Origin: a virus
Taxonomy: Duplodnaviria > Caudoviricetes
Strand: one strand, 5' to 3'
Virus record (IMG/VR): IMGVR_UViG_3300043122_000036
Location: 1 to 26,465 of that record
DNA length: 26,465 nt
A model generated the notes under the pieces. It saw only the letters and a program-made list of their open reading frames with translations. It was not told the origin of the DNA and did no database searches. The position numbers were made by a program, and so were the translations under genes. Below, piece by piece: positions 1 through 7,998 of this stretch. Numbering within the stretch: position 1 is the stretch's first letter; every line of letters begins with the position of its first letter.

Positions 1-2088
1 TTTAAGGTATGTCAACTGTGGATCATCCCCTTCTTGCTTGCCGGTGCTGTCAGATAGGAAGTCCAAATCAACCAATGACTCAGAGCGCTCAACACCACAG
101 TCCGCAATCAGCGCGCGCCCCAAGAAGCCGTTATCAATGGTTTTCTCGTTAACGATTTCAGCTAGCTCCTGTGGCGTTGAGTAGGCCAGCAGGTTAAGCG
201 CTGGGTTTTTTACGCCAGTTTGCGCGGTGTGCATTCGCTGATCGAACTCTTCTAGTTTGGTTTTAAGGTTAGCGATATCAAGCTCTGTCTTTTTAATCTT
301 CCCCTCGTCTAAGTCTGGATTGAATTGCTCCAGGTCTTTTTCCTTGGCCGCTACCATTTTTTCAAAACGAGACTTGGCCAGCTCCATTTGGGCTAGAAAC
401 TCATCCCTGTGGAGTTGTGAAAGTTTGTAGCAGCTTGTGGTCGATAGCTCCATGAGCGTGTTAACAACGTTGCTCATGTGTTTGCTGCCGCCGTCTGTTT
501 TCAGGATTTTCTGTCCCTCGTCAATAACGTAAAAACAGTGGCCGTTGTCATAAATCGCACTGCGAATAATGTCTTTGTCCGAGCGGATATCGCCGTAAAG
601 CGTCTTTCCGTTTGCGTCTAGCAGCTCTTTGATGACACGCTGCGGCCATTCTTTACCAGATGCTGACATGCCTAGCGTGAGAGTGATTAGGCTCAGTTTT
701 ACGCCCTTCAGTCCTTGCATTCCAGCGCCAGCCATAGCCATGCACTGCAACGCCATTAGTGGATAGGCACCACCTTTCAACAGGCGATTTGCTCCGTCTT
801 TCATGTAATCGACTATCTCACCAGCAAGCCCTGGCGGCGAATCAATGTCATATTCGTCTAGGCTGATTCCGTATGGCAGTCCGGTTTTGTTTAGTTTTGG
901 TTTGGCTGCCTTCGGCTCAGGTTTTCTAGCTGGTGGCGCTGGCAAAGCCTCCTGCGCTTCATCGATCCTAGTAACTGGCTCATGCTTTGGTTCTGCTGGC
1001 TTTTCTGTCTGCTGAGTAACTTCTTTATCATTGTGTACCTTTGAATCTTTACGAATCGCGTCACGCATTGCTTGCTTGCATTGCTCTGCACCATGCTTTT
1101 GTCGATAGTCGTCCCAGTCGCCAAGCTCTGGCGGTAGCGCGACAATGCCGCTAACTGCAATAGCGGCCTCCTCTGCATACTTGGTGCCAGGCCTCCAGTT
1201 ATGCACTGGGTCGATTTCGTCATGGTCTGCAAAGAAAACGATTCTTGAGTCTGGATGCTGCGCTCTTGCGCGCTTGCTAACATCCATCAGATTGCCAGTG
1301 TTGAACGCGCAATAAGTTGTCGCGCCAGTCATGCGGTTTACTGTTACGCCGGTTGCAAAACCCTCGACAATGGCGATCATCTTTGTTTTACCTTCAATCA
1401 GATGATAAACGCCGGCCATATCACCGCCTGTGATTGGGCGCTTTTCTCCGTCTAAATTTATTTTTTGCATGTTCACCAACTGTCCATTTTTGTAGGCGGG
1501 GATCAATAACAGCTCACCGGCAGCAATGCGATCTCCGAATCTGTCAATCATCATGTCGCCATTGGTCGGCCATTCTCCATCAAGCCCCTTCTTGTTCATG
1601 TATGGATGCGAGCGCATAACGGCAGAGTCAAGCATTGACTGAGCGCCTCTCGCTGCCCGCTCATGGTTTAGCCTGGCGATTTTGTCGCGGTCTATCTTTG
1701 GGCGCACTGGTGCTATTGTCCGTGGAGTTAGGTCGTCACCGACAAGCTCTTTTGCTGTATCAATAACCGACTTGCCAATGAATAGAGACAGCAGCTTGAG
1801 TCCACCAGCAGAGCCGCAGTGACTACAAAACCAAGTGCCACGCCCGTCTTTGTCGTCGAATCTAAAGCGGTCTTTCCCGCCACACATAGGGCATGGACCG
1901 TGTTTTCTGCCGCTTGGGAGGTGGCAGCCATAGCTTTCTAGCGTATCGCGCCATCGCCCTTGGAATTGTGACAGCGCATTATCAACTGGCGAGTCTTGGC
2001 TGTATTCATATGCGCGCTGCGGTTTGCAATCGCATAAAGAAGCGGCGCTATGGCCGCAACTTAGGGTTAGTGGGAATTTTATGTTCAT
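1..2088 (-). CDS. DNA primase-helicase fusion (P4 alpha-type Zn finger + TOPRIM + C-terminal P-loop NTPase); 3' end outside the window
   Basis: Not in the ORF track; translated by hand from ATG at 2088 and open to position 1 (696 codons). MNIKFPLTLSCGH...HGPCPMCGGKDRFRFDDKDGRGTWFCSHCG is a primase Zn finger; IAIVEGFATG, FFADHD and GDWDD are TOPRIM motifs; a Pro/Lys/Glu linker precedes LGMSASGKE (Walker A-like) and FYVIDE (Walker B-like). Confidence 0.9.
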   Translation of the reverse strand, partial: MNIKFPLTLSCGHSAASLCDCKPQRAYEYSQDSPVDNALSQFQGRWRDTLESYGCHLPSGRKHGPCPMCGGKDRFRFDDKDGRGTWFCSHCGSAGGLKLLSLFIGKSVIDTAKELVGDDLTPRTIAPVRPKIDRDKIARLNHERAARGAQSMLDSAVMRSHPYMNKKGLDGEWPTNGDMMIDRFGDRIAAGELLLIPAYKNGQLVNMQKINLDGEKRPITGGDMAGVYHLIEGKTKMIAIVEGFATGVTVNRMTGATTYCAFNTGNLMDVSKRARAQHPDSRIVFFADHDEIDPVHNWRPGTKYAEEAAIAVSGIVALPPELGDWDDYRQKHGAEQCKQAMRDAIRKDSKVHNDKEVTQQTEKPAEPKHEPVTRIDEAQEALPAPPARKPEPKAAKPKLNKTGLPYGISLDEYDIDSPPGLAGEIVDYMKDGANRLLKGGAYPLMALQCMAMAGAGMQGLKGVKLSLITLTLGMSASGKEWPQRVIKELLDANGKTLYGDIRSDKDIIRSAIYDNGHCFYVIDEGQKILKTDGGSKHMSNVVNTLMELSTTSCYKLSQLHRDEFLAQMELAKSRFEKMVAAKEKDLEQFNPDLDEGKIKKTELDIANLKTKLEEFDQRMHTAQTGVKNPALNLLAYSTPQELAEIVNEKTIDNGFLGRALIADCGVERSESLVDLDFLSDSTGKQEGDDPQLTYLK

Positions 2089-2187
2089 TTCGCCTGTCCG
2101 TTATTGTTGTTTAGCAGAGCAGATAAATTAATAGCGTCCAGAATGCAATGCAATAGATTAGTATTATGTACCTGGCGGTTTGCTTGG

Positions 2188-2385
2188 TCATTGTTCACCT
2201 CTTGCTTTTGCTAGTAGTCTATCAATCTGTCGATGCCTAGCCACGCCAAGACCGCCCTCGATTTGTAACTGAATTAGCATCTCATACATCTCATCAGCAC
2301 ATTGCTGTTTTGTTGTTAATTCACCGACAAAAATGTTTCTTGCTTCAAGCATTGCATGCTCTGTTTGTTCTGATGGAGTTTTCAT
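2188..2385 (-). CDS. hypothetical protein, 65 aa
   Basis: Start overlaps the stop of 2382-2594 (4-bp overlap), co-oriented with the primase. Confidence 0.65.
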   Translation of the reverse strand: MKTPSEQTEHAMLEARNIFVGELTTKQQCADEMYEMLIQLQIEGGLGVARHRQIDRLLAKARGEQ

Positions 2386-2594
2386 AACGCCCCCTTAATC
2401 ACATCCAGAGCACGGCATACTTCGGTGCATTCCTCATCTGTTAGCGCTGTGCCGCGGCTGTATGACTTGGCCGAGCTTGTAAGCCCGTTAAGCTTCCACC
2501 GCGCCACGCCAGACAATGCGCAAATTTTGCTAATCTTCACCCCATTCTCAAATGCAGCTTGCAAGCGCTCGATAGTTGTTTCTTGTAATGTCAT
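2382..2594 (-). CDS. small helix-turn-helix DNA-binding protein (Cro-like regulator)
   Basis: 70 aa; ISKICALSGVARWKLNGL fits an HTH pattern; first gene leftward of the divergent promoter. Confidence 0.6.
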   Translation of the reverse strand: MTLQETTIERLQAAFENGVKISKICALSGVARWKLNGLTSSAKSYSRGTALTDEECTEVCRALDVIKGAL

Positions 2595-2635
2595 AATTCA
2601 AATCCCGTAGTTATCAATAAGTGTTGACGCTGGAA

Positions 2636-2682
2636 ATATTATCACAAATATTGTTGACGTCAACAAAAAATAGCTATATCGT
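2636..2682. promoter_or_regulatory. divergent sigma70-type promoters sharing a palindromic -35 region
   Basis: Perfect palindrome TTGTTGACGTCAACAA at 2651-2666. Plus: TTGACG(2654-2659)-17-TATCGT(2677-2682). Minus: TTGACG(2663-2658)-16-TAATAT(2641-2636). Confidence 0.65.
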
Positions 2683-2728
2683 AATCAACAGAAATTTAGT
2701 AAAACACAACCAAAATGGAGCAAAACAC

Positions 2729-3304
2729 ATGGCATTTTTCACACAACAAATGGCCGAAGATATCGCTGAATACGAAGGTTTTTTCGATGGGGTGCAGAAA
2801 ATTATCCCAGACAACACCGAGCTAACCGCACTGGTGTATGACGGGTTTAACGGCATTGAAGAAGGCAAGGCGGTAAACATCTGCAAGATTGACCTGGTGA
2901 TAACCAGTGAAGGCGAGTTTAAGGGACAAAAATACACGTACAAGCCGAAGATTTACGACAATGACGCAGGCAAGCGTGACCTGGCAATGCGCAACTTGCA
3001 AGTTATTGACGCTCAAGCCGGATACCCAATGACAGACGGACGCTTGGATTTAACCACTGATAACATTGCCGATTGCTGGGTTGGCAAGTCGGAAGTACGC
3101 GTCAAGTTTGGACACACTGTGCTAACAGAAAACATGGACGGCACCGAGCGCGACAACCCGATGGAGATTAACTTTGTCCGCGGCCTAGCGTACTACCGCG
3201 AGAAGATGCTACCACGGGCGAGCGCGCAGAAAGCAAAGCCGCAGCAGGTACAGCACCAAGTGCCAGTTGATGATGGGCTGGATGATTCCGATATCGATTT
3301 TTAA
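2729..3304 (+). CDS. single-stranded DNA-binding protein (phage SSB-like)
   Basis: Likely start is ATG 2729 (MAFFTQ) after GGAG at 2717-2720; beta-rich body, Q-rich linker and acidic tail DDGLDDSDIDF ending in Phe; lies in the replication module. Confidence 0.7.
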   Translation: MAFFTQQMAEDIAEYEGFFDGVQKIIPDNTELTALVYDGFNGIEEGKAVNICKIDLVITSEGEFKGQKYTYKPKIYDNDAGKRDLAMRNLQVIDAQAGYPMTDGRLDLTTDNIADCWVGKSEVRVKFGHTVLTENMDGTERDNPMEINFVRGLAYYREKMLPRASAQKAKPQQVQHQVPVDDGLDDSDIDF

Positions 3305-3348
3305 CCAATAACAACAAGGCCGCCAAGTGCGGCCATAAGGAAATAGAA

Positions 3349-3576
3349 ATGAACAATGCAAAATTAAAAGAAGGCGCAGTTATTGGTTATGCAATAGTGT
3401 CTGAGAGCGATACCTATCTGGATGCTTTCGGAAATCCCCAGCCAAACTCAAAACCTATTGTTTGGGAGTCAAACCTAAACAACAGTCTTTATACAACAAG
3501 AGATAGGGCTAAAAATCTCGGTGATTACGGACGCAGAGTAATTTGCAAACTTGTTGTGGTTGAGGAGGTCGATTGA
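3349..3576 (+). CDS. hypothetical protein, 75 aa
   Basis: SD AAGGA at 3337-3341; its stop overlaps the helicase start. Confidence 0.75.
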   Translation: MNNAKLKEGAVIGYAIVSESDTYLDAFGNPQPNSKPIVWESNLNNSLYTTRDRAKNLGDYGRRVICKLVVVEEVD

Positions 3577-5528
3577 TGACCTTCCAACTCCGCCACTACC
3601 AGCAAGACGCAGTTGATATCACTATCGACTACGTGAAGAGGCACACATCGCCAGCCCTGCTTGAGCTCGCGACAGGTGCAGGTAAGAGCCTTATTGTTGC
3701 CGAGCTCGCCCGCTTCTTCGCCAAAGCTGCGCCACACAAGCGAGTGCTATGTATTGCGCCAAGCAAAGAGCTTGTGACTCAAAACGCAGCCAAGTATTTA
3801 GCATACGGATACCCAGCAAGCGTTTATTGCGCTTCTGCTGGCTCAAAGTGCCTACGGTCGCAGGTGATATTTGCAAGCCCTCAGACAGCCGTTAAGCAAG
3901 CCGAGAAAATCGCCCGCCTTGGCATCAGCGCGATCATCATTGACGAAGCACACGGTATCACAGAGTCGCTAAAATCAATCGTTGACACTATCCGCGAGTT
4001 TTCAGAGAGCGGCAAGCAGATTAACGCCAACGTGCGCGTGATTGGCATGACTGCCACGCCATACCGCCTAGGAACTGGGTATATCTATGCAATCGATGAC
4101 ACTGGCGAGGAACCCATTCACTATGATGAAACCAAGGCCATTGATCCGTATTTCAACAAACTGATTTACCGCATTACCGCTGGTGAATTGGTCGGTGAGG
4201 GATTTTTATCTAAAGTGATCATCGGTGAGCACTCGGAAAGCTATGACACCAGCACACTGGAAACTGATAAATTCGGCCAGTTCAGCGCAAAGTCGGTGGC
4301 GGCAACGTTCGAGGGGAACACCAAAACAGAGCGAATCATTAACAAGATTCAGTACTACTCGCAAGACCGAAAAGGGGTGATGATATTCGCGGCCACGATT
4401 AGCCATGCCGAGGAAATCATGCGCTATTTGCCAGGTGATGCGCGAATAGTTACTGGGTCGACCAAGAAAAAAGACCGTGAATCAATAATCGAGCAATTCA
4501 AACAACGCAAGTTCAAGTACCTTGTCAACGTGGCCGTCCTAACCACTGGCTTTGACGCTCCTCACGTTGACTTTGTTGCCGTACTCCGCGCCACCGAGTC
4601 AGCAGGACTATTACAGCAAATTGTAGGCCGTGGATTGCGCCTGTGTGACGATAAAGAAAATTGCCTGGTGATGGACTTCGCCGAAAACATCGAGCGCCAC
4701 GGATTGCAATCAGACCTGTTTACGCCAGAGATTAAGACCCGCAAAGCGCCAGCAGGTGAGGGAGTGGAAATCGAGGTGCAATGCCCATCATGCTCATGCG
4801 TCACGATGAAAAAGCGCAGAAGCGATCCAATGTATGACGGCCTAAAAAACGACCGCTTTGGTAACTTCTTGATATCTGGAACAGAGCAGGCTATTGCATA
4901 TGACGATGAAGGCTTGCCAAGCGAGTACACTGGCGAAGTGCTCACGATGCAAATTCTTGACCCGCAAAACAAGGATGAGTTTGGCGAGTGTGGAGTAAAA
5001 GAAATCCCAGTTCCAGCGCATTACTCGCGCAGATGTGCCAATCCGGCCGCATACACCATCAAAGGCGTTGATGTGCCATGTGAACATCGGTACTCGCTCA
5101 AGATTTGCCCCCACTGTTACGCTGAGAACGACATTGCAGCCCGCCACTGCATTGGATGCAAAGAGCGCCTTGTTGACCCAAACAAAAAGCTAACCGAGCA
5201 AGCTGGCAGCGCTGTTATTATGGATGACGGCGAAACCCGCGATGTGAAATGCCTTGGCGCAGAATATGCAATCCACAAATCGCGCTTAGGAAATGAGACA
5301 CTAAAAGTCACATACAAGACGGAGCTTGGCGCTGTCACTGGATGGCACAGCAAAAAACAGCATTGGATATTCAACCGAGTAGCCAGGGCTAACGGCGTTG
5401 AACCAGAGTTCGTTGGCTCGATACAAGATTGCGAGTCATGGAGCGCAATACCGACAACGGTTAAAATCAAGAAAGTGATCCGCGATGGGTTCACTAATTT
5501 TGAGGTGAAAGAGGTGAGGTTTTTATGA
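3573..5528 (+). CDS. SF2 DEAH-box helicase (RadD/YejH-like) with C-terminal Zn-finger
   Basis: Q-motif LRHYQ, Walker A ATGAGKS, IIIDEAH, GMTATPYR, VLTTGFDAP, QIVGRGLR; C-terminal CPSC, CPHC and CIGC. Confidence 0.93.
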   Translation: MMTFQLRHYQQDAVDITIDYVKRHTSPALLELATGAGKSLIVAELARFFAKAAPHKRVLCIAPSKELVTQNAAKYLAYGYPASVYCASAGSKCLRSQVIFASPQTAVKQAEKIARLGISAIIIDEAHGITESLKSIVDTIREFSESGKQINANVRVIGMTATPYRLGTGYIYAIDDTGEEPIHYDETKAIDPYFNKLIYRITAGELVGEGFLSKVIIGEHSESYDTSTLETDKFGQFSAKSVAATFEGNTKTERIINKIQYYSQDRKGVMIFAATISHAEEIMRYLPGDARIVTGSTKKKDRESIIEQFKQRKFKYLVNVAVLTTGFDAPHVDFVAVLRATESAGLLQQIVGRGLRLCDDKENCLVMDFAENIERHGLQSDLFTPEIKTRKAPAGEGVEIEVQCPSCSCVTMKKRRSDPMYDGLKNDRFGNFLISGTEQAIAYDDEGLPSEYTGEVLTMQILDPQNKDEFGECGVKEIPVPAHYSRRCANPAAYTIKGVDVPCEHRYSLKICPHCYAENDIAARHCIGCKERLVDPNKKLTEQAGSAVIMDDGETRDVKCLGAEYAIHKSRLGNETLKVTYKTELGAVTGWHSKKQHWIFNRVARANGVEPEFVGSIQDCESWSAIPTTVKIKKVIRDGFTNFEVKEVRFL

Positions 5529-5806
5529 GCAATAAAATTGATAAAAAACATGCAACATGTGGTAATTGCGAAAATGTTCGTTATGGTGATATGTGCGGCT
5601 TGAAAACTGCATATTGCGGATTCCAAATGGATGATGATGGGCCAATAGTTCCTCACCATGCAGAGTTGAAAAACGGGAATCGAGGAGATCCAACAATCAT
5701 TATTTTTTGGCGTGTTCCAATGTGGTGCCATAGGGATGACAACGAGGTTATCAAGTCTGACTCTAAAGCGAAAGAATCAGAATGGGTTTATAAGGAATTA
5801 AAATGA
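5525..5806 (+). CDS. Cys-rich hypothetical protein, possible Zn-binding
   Basis: CGNC...C...C plus a later C; overlaps both neighbours by 4 bp; SD GAGG upstream. Confidence 0.65.
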   Translation: MSNKIDKKHATCGNCENVRYGDMCGLKTAYCGFQMDDDGPIVPHHAELKNGNRGDPTIIIFWRVPMWCHRDDNEVIKSDSKAKESEWVYKELK

Positions 5807-6225
5807 ACCTCACCAAACTAAACACCCACAACATCACCGTGTTCGGTGACAATAGCTACCGCGGAGATTGCCCGTTTGAATCAGCAGAGCAAGTCAGCTT
5901 TCTGGCACAGCTTCGCAGGCTATATCCAGAGCTTGCAGAAATCGCGGTACACATTCGCAACGAAGGCAAGCGCACAAAGCGCCAAGGCCACCAGCAGAAG
6001 ATTGAAGGGATGAACACAGGCGCCAGTGACATTGTTATTCCATGCTCACCGCCGATACTCATCGAGTTGAAGAGGCAAGACCACACGCTAAGCAGCATCA
6101 GCGACAAACAGATAAAGTACCTGGCACTCAGCCAGCGACAAGGCGCGTTTGCCTGCGTAGCGTTAGGAGCATCTGGAGCAATGGAGGCTGTGAGACAATG
6201 GCATACACAAAACCGCAAAAAATAA
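5803..6225 (+). CDS. VRR-NUC (PD-(D/E)xK) nuclease / junction resolvase
   Basis: ESAEQ, HIRNEG, GASDIVI, IELK and SDKQ motifs typical of VRR-NUC; SD AAGGA at 5792-5796. Confidence 0.85.
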   Translation: MNLTKLNTHNITVFGDNSYRGDCPFESAEQVSFLAQLRRLYPELAEIAVHIRNEGKRTKRQGHQQKIEGMNTGASDIVIPCSPPILIELKRQDHTLSSISDKQIKYLALSQRQGAFACVALGASGAMEAVRQWHTQNRKK

Positions 6226-6461
6226 CAGGACAGATGCCGCTAAATTACTTCTCGCACGATGAACAGTGGATTAATTCACAGTTGGCATACTGCGTTGATG
6301 TTGTTGAGCGCACCAAGGTTTGCCAAGCGTACAGCAAAGTTTATCTGCAAGCGCATGATGCAGAGCCACACGAAGTGCGCAAAGATGGCAAAGCCAGGTA
6401 CGCTGCTAACAGCCGATTGCGCGAGTATGTGGCGAAGAAATTTAGGGTGTTTAATAAATAA
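6198..6461 (+). CDS. conserved-type phage hypothetical protein, 87 aa
   Basis: Likely start ATG 6198 (MAYTKPQK) within the 6042-6461 ORF; GGAGG and GAG upstream; ARYAANSRLREYV C-terminus. Confidence 0.65.
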   Translation: MAYTKPQKITGQMPLNYFSHDEQWINSQLAYCVDVVERTKVCQAYSKVYLQAHDAEPHEVRKDGKARYAANSRLREYVAKKFRVFNK

Positions 6462-6463
6462 TG

Positions 6464-6491
6464 TTGACACATAAATAAATGTTGATATACT
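6464..6491 (+). promoter_or_regulatory. sigma70-type promoter
   Basis: TTGACA(6464-6469)-16-TATACT(6486-6491) with an AT-rich upstream element. Confidence 0.7.
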
Positions 6492-6538
6492 TGTTATCAA
6501 GAGCTGAGGAATAGACCGATGCGATATGAGATAAGAAG

Positions 6539-6865
6539 ATGAAAACAGTTACACTTTACCACGGCACAACTCTTGAGAACGGCAAAAGCATTCTTAATGA
6601 TGGCGTTATCAATGGTCCCGTGTATATGTCTCCATCATTCAAAACCGCTGAGGATTACGCGGCCAATAATTCTTCTGATTACATGATATTTGAGCTGGAA
6701 ATTGCATTTGATGAGCTCGAATATGATGCAGAATTTATCAATGGTGACACTGATGACTTGGTTCAAGAGTCGCTTGATGCTGGTTCGGTGTTTGTGGATG
6801 GTGACGTATCAATATCAAATGCAAAAGTTAAAACATTCATCGATTACGAAGAAGTTGATGCGTAA
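6539..6865 (+). CDS. small acidic protein with ADP-ribosyltransferase (PARP-like H-Y clade) fold motifs
   Basis: TLYHGT...SILNDG...VYMSPSFKTAEDYA matches the H-G-T and Y-x-S...A..YA pattern of ART-fold domains. Confidence 0.6.
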   Translation: MKTVTLYHGTTLENGKSILNDGVINGPVYMSPSFKTAEDYAANNSSDYMIFELEIAFDELEYDAEFINGDTDDLVQESLDAGSVFVDGDVSISNAKVKTFIDYEEVDA

Positions 6866-6868
6866 TCG

Positions 6869-7045
6869 ATGAAAACCATAACAGTAACACTAACCAACCA
6901 GACAGAAACAATCGAGCGAACCATCAAGACAAGAGGAAGCGCAAAGAAGGCTGCCAACGCTTTGGCGTATACGATGGAAGGATTTACAGCTGTTTGTTAC
7001 AAAGTTGAAAATAATACTTGCAAAAATGAGGCCAATAGCAAATAA
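6869..7045 (+). CDS. hypothetical protein, 58 aa (MKTITVTLTNQTETIERTIKTRG...)
   Basis: Translated by hand; starts 3 nt after the previous stop; below the ORF-track length cutoff. Confidence 0.55.
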   Translation: MKTITVTLTNQTETIERTIKTRGSAKKAANALAYTMEGFTAVCYKVENNTCKNEANSK

Positions 7046-7049
7046 TTAC

Positions 7050-7124
7050 GTTGTTCATTTCGTGTATTTCCTTTTGTATTGCTCTACCTTGAACAACCCG
7101 CTCTCTCCGGCGGGTTCTTTTTTT
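7050..7124 (+). ncRNA. candidate trans-acting antisense small RNA
   Basis: Possible promoter TTGCAA(7018-7023)-17-AATAAT(7041-7046); intrinsic terminator at the 3' end; the 5' part is complementary to the SD/AUG regions of the genes starting at 2088, 3349, 5803 and 17463. Confidence 0.5.
7095..7124 (+). terminator. rho-independent terminator at the early/late convergence
   Basis: AACCCGC-TCTCTCCG-GCGGGTT, then C and T7. Confidence 0.85.
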
Positions 7125-7506
7125 ATGTGGATGGGTAATTTAGCGCCCACCTTATCACCGCGGCAATAGCCCCACCAATAGCACCCCACTTAACAAGCCA
7201 GAGCAGCACATTTTGCACCGACTTCCCTATCCTTGCCGTTCCCTGTATATCCCTGTGAAGCTCGACAATAGACCTAGTTTCTTCTGTGAGCTTGTCTATA
7301 GACTGAGTATTCTGGTTAACTGCATTTATCATCGAATCAAATTTGGCTGCCTCGTCAGTAACATGCTTTTCAAAACGACTTGTTAGCGAGATTATGGATT
7401 TATCAACTGACAATTTATGTGAATCGAACCTGTCTGATAGATCTTTCAATTCGCCATGCATTGCCGACAATTCCTCGTCACTGAATCTTCGCGCCATTGG
7501 TTCCAT
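7123..7506 (-). CDS. coiled-coil protein with C-terminal TM helix (holin/antiholin-like lysis accessory)
   Basis: Heptad-like body and hydrophobic VLLWLVKWGAIGGAIAAVIRWAL; last gene of the lysis cassette. Confidence 0.55.
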   Translation of the reverse strand: MEPMARRFSDEELSAMHGELKDLSDRFDSHKLSVDKSIISLTSRFEKHVTDEAAKFDSMINAVNQNTQSIDKLTEETRSIVELHRDIQGTARIGKSVQNVLLWLVKWGAIGGAIAAVIRWALNYPST

Positions 7507-7588
7507 AACTCTTGCCTTTTAACTTTCGGCTATGATAACAACCATTTGACCGCATGTCATTGATGTCAGTAATTTGTTTATGCAAATT

Positions 7589-7990
7589 TCATGCCTTGCC
7601 CTTACCAATAGCCCCAGACAGCACGCTAACGCCATGAACCCCAAAGTAAAACATCAATATCAAACCAAACCCATCGTTGATATTCAGACTCATAAACGCG
7701 CTTATATCAGCCGCAAGAACAGTACCTGGATTAAACGCCTCATCATAAATAAAGCGGCCAATCACCGACGACACAAGCCAGCTGACAGTCATTAACAGCC
7801 ATACCATTGCAATCATAGTGGCAATAAATCTGCGCGCCGGGCTCTGGTGTTTAGTCGCCTCCACATATTGCAAGAGGAAATCGGCTTTTTGCTGCGGAAG
7901 CCAGTCGGTGCCTGCAATCCGATCTACTATCTTTGTCGCAGAATCGACAACAGAGCTAACACCAAACAAGCCTTTTATGAATGCCAACAT
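7589..7990 (-). CDS. putative holin (3TM/GTA-holin-like)
   Basis: Amphipathic N-terminus, RRFIA followed by a TM helix, second TM ending ILMFYFG, basic end; directly downstream of the endolysin. Confidence 0.7.
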   Translation of the reverse strand: MLAFIKGLFGVSSVVDSATKIVDRIAGTDWLPQQKADFLLQYVEATKHQSPARRFIATMIAMVWLLMTVSWLVSSVIGRFIYDEAFNPGTVLAADISAFMSLNINDGFGLILMFYFGVHGVSVLSGAIGKGKA

Positions 7991-7998
7991 AATCCACC

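Noticed and set aside
891-2114. ORF-track calls in this interval on both strands
   Set aside because: Shadow frames of the primase-helicase gene.
2621-2728. 5' extension of the SSB ORF
   Set aside because: Runs through the promoter palindrome; the SD-supported start is 2729.
3318-3334. Hairpin GGCCGC-CAAGT-GCGGCC after the SSB gene as a terminator
   Set aside because: No U-tract on the plus strand; may be a stability or processing hairpin, so not called.
6984-7058. Minus-strand 24-aa ORF MNNVIICYWPHFCKYYFQLCNKQL with SD AAGGA
   Set aside because: Very short, antisense to the 6869-7045 ORF, and the adjacent terminator is polarised for the plus strand. Not annotated, but kept as the main alternative to the sRNA hypothesis.
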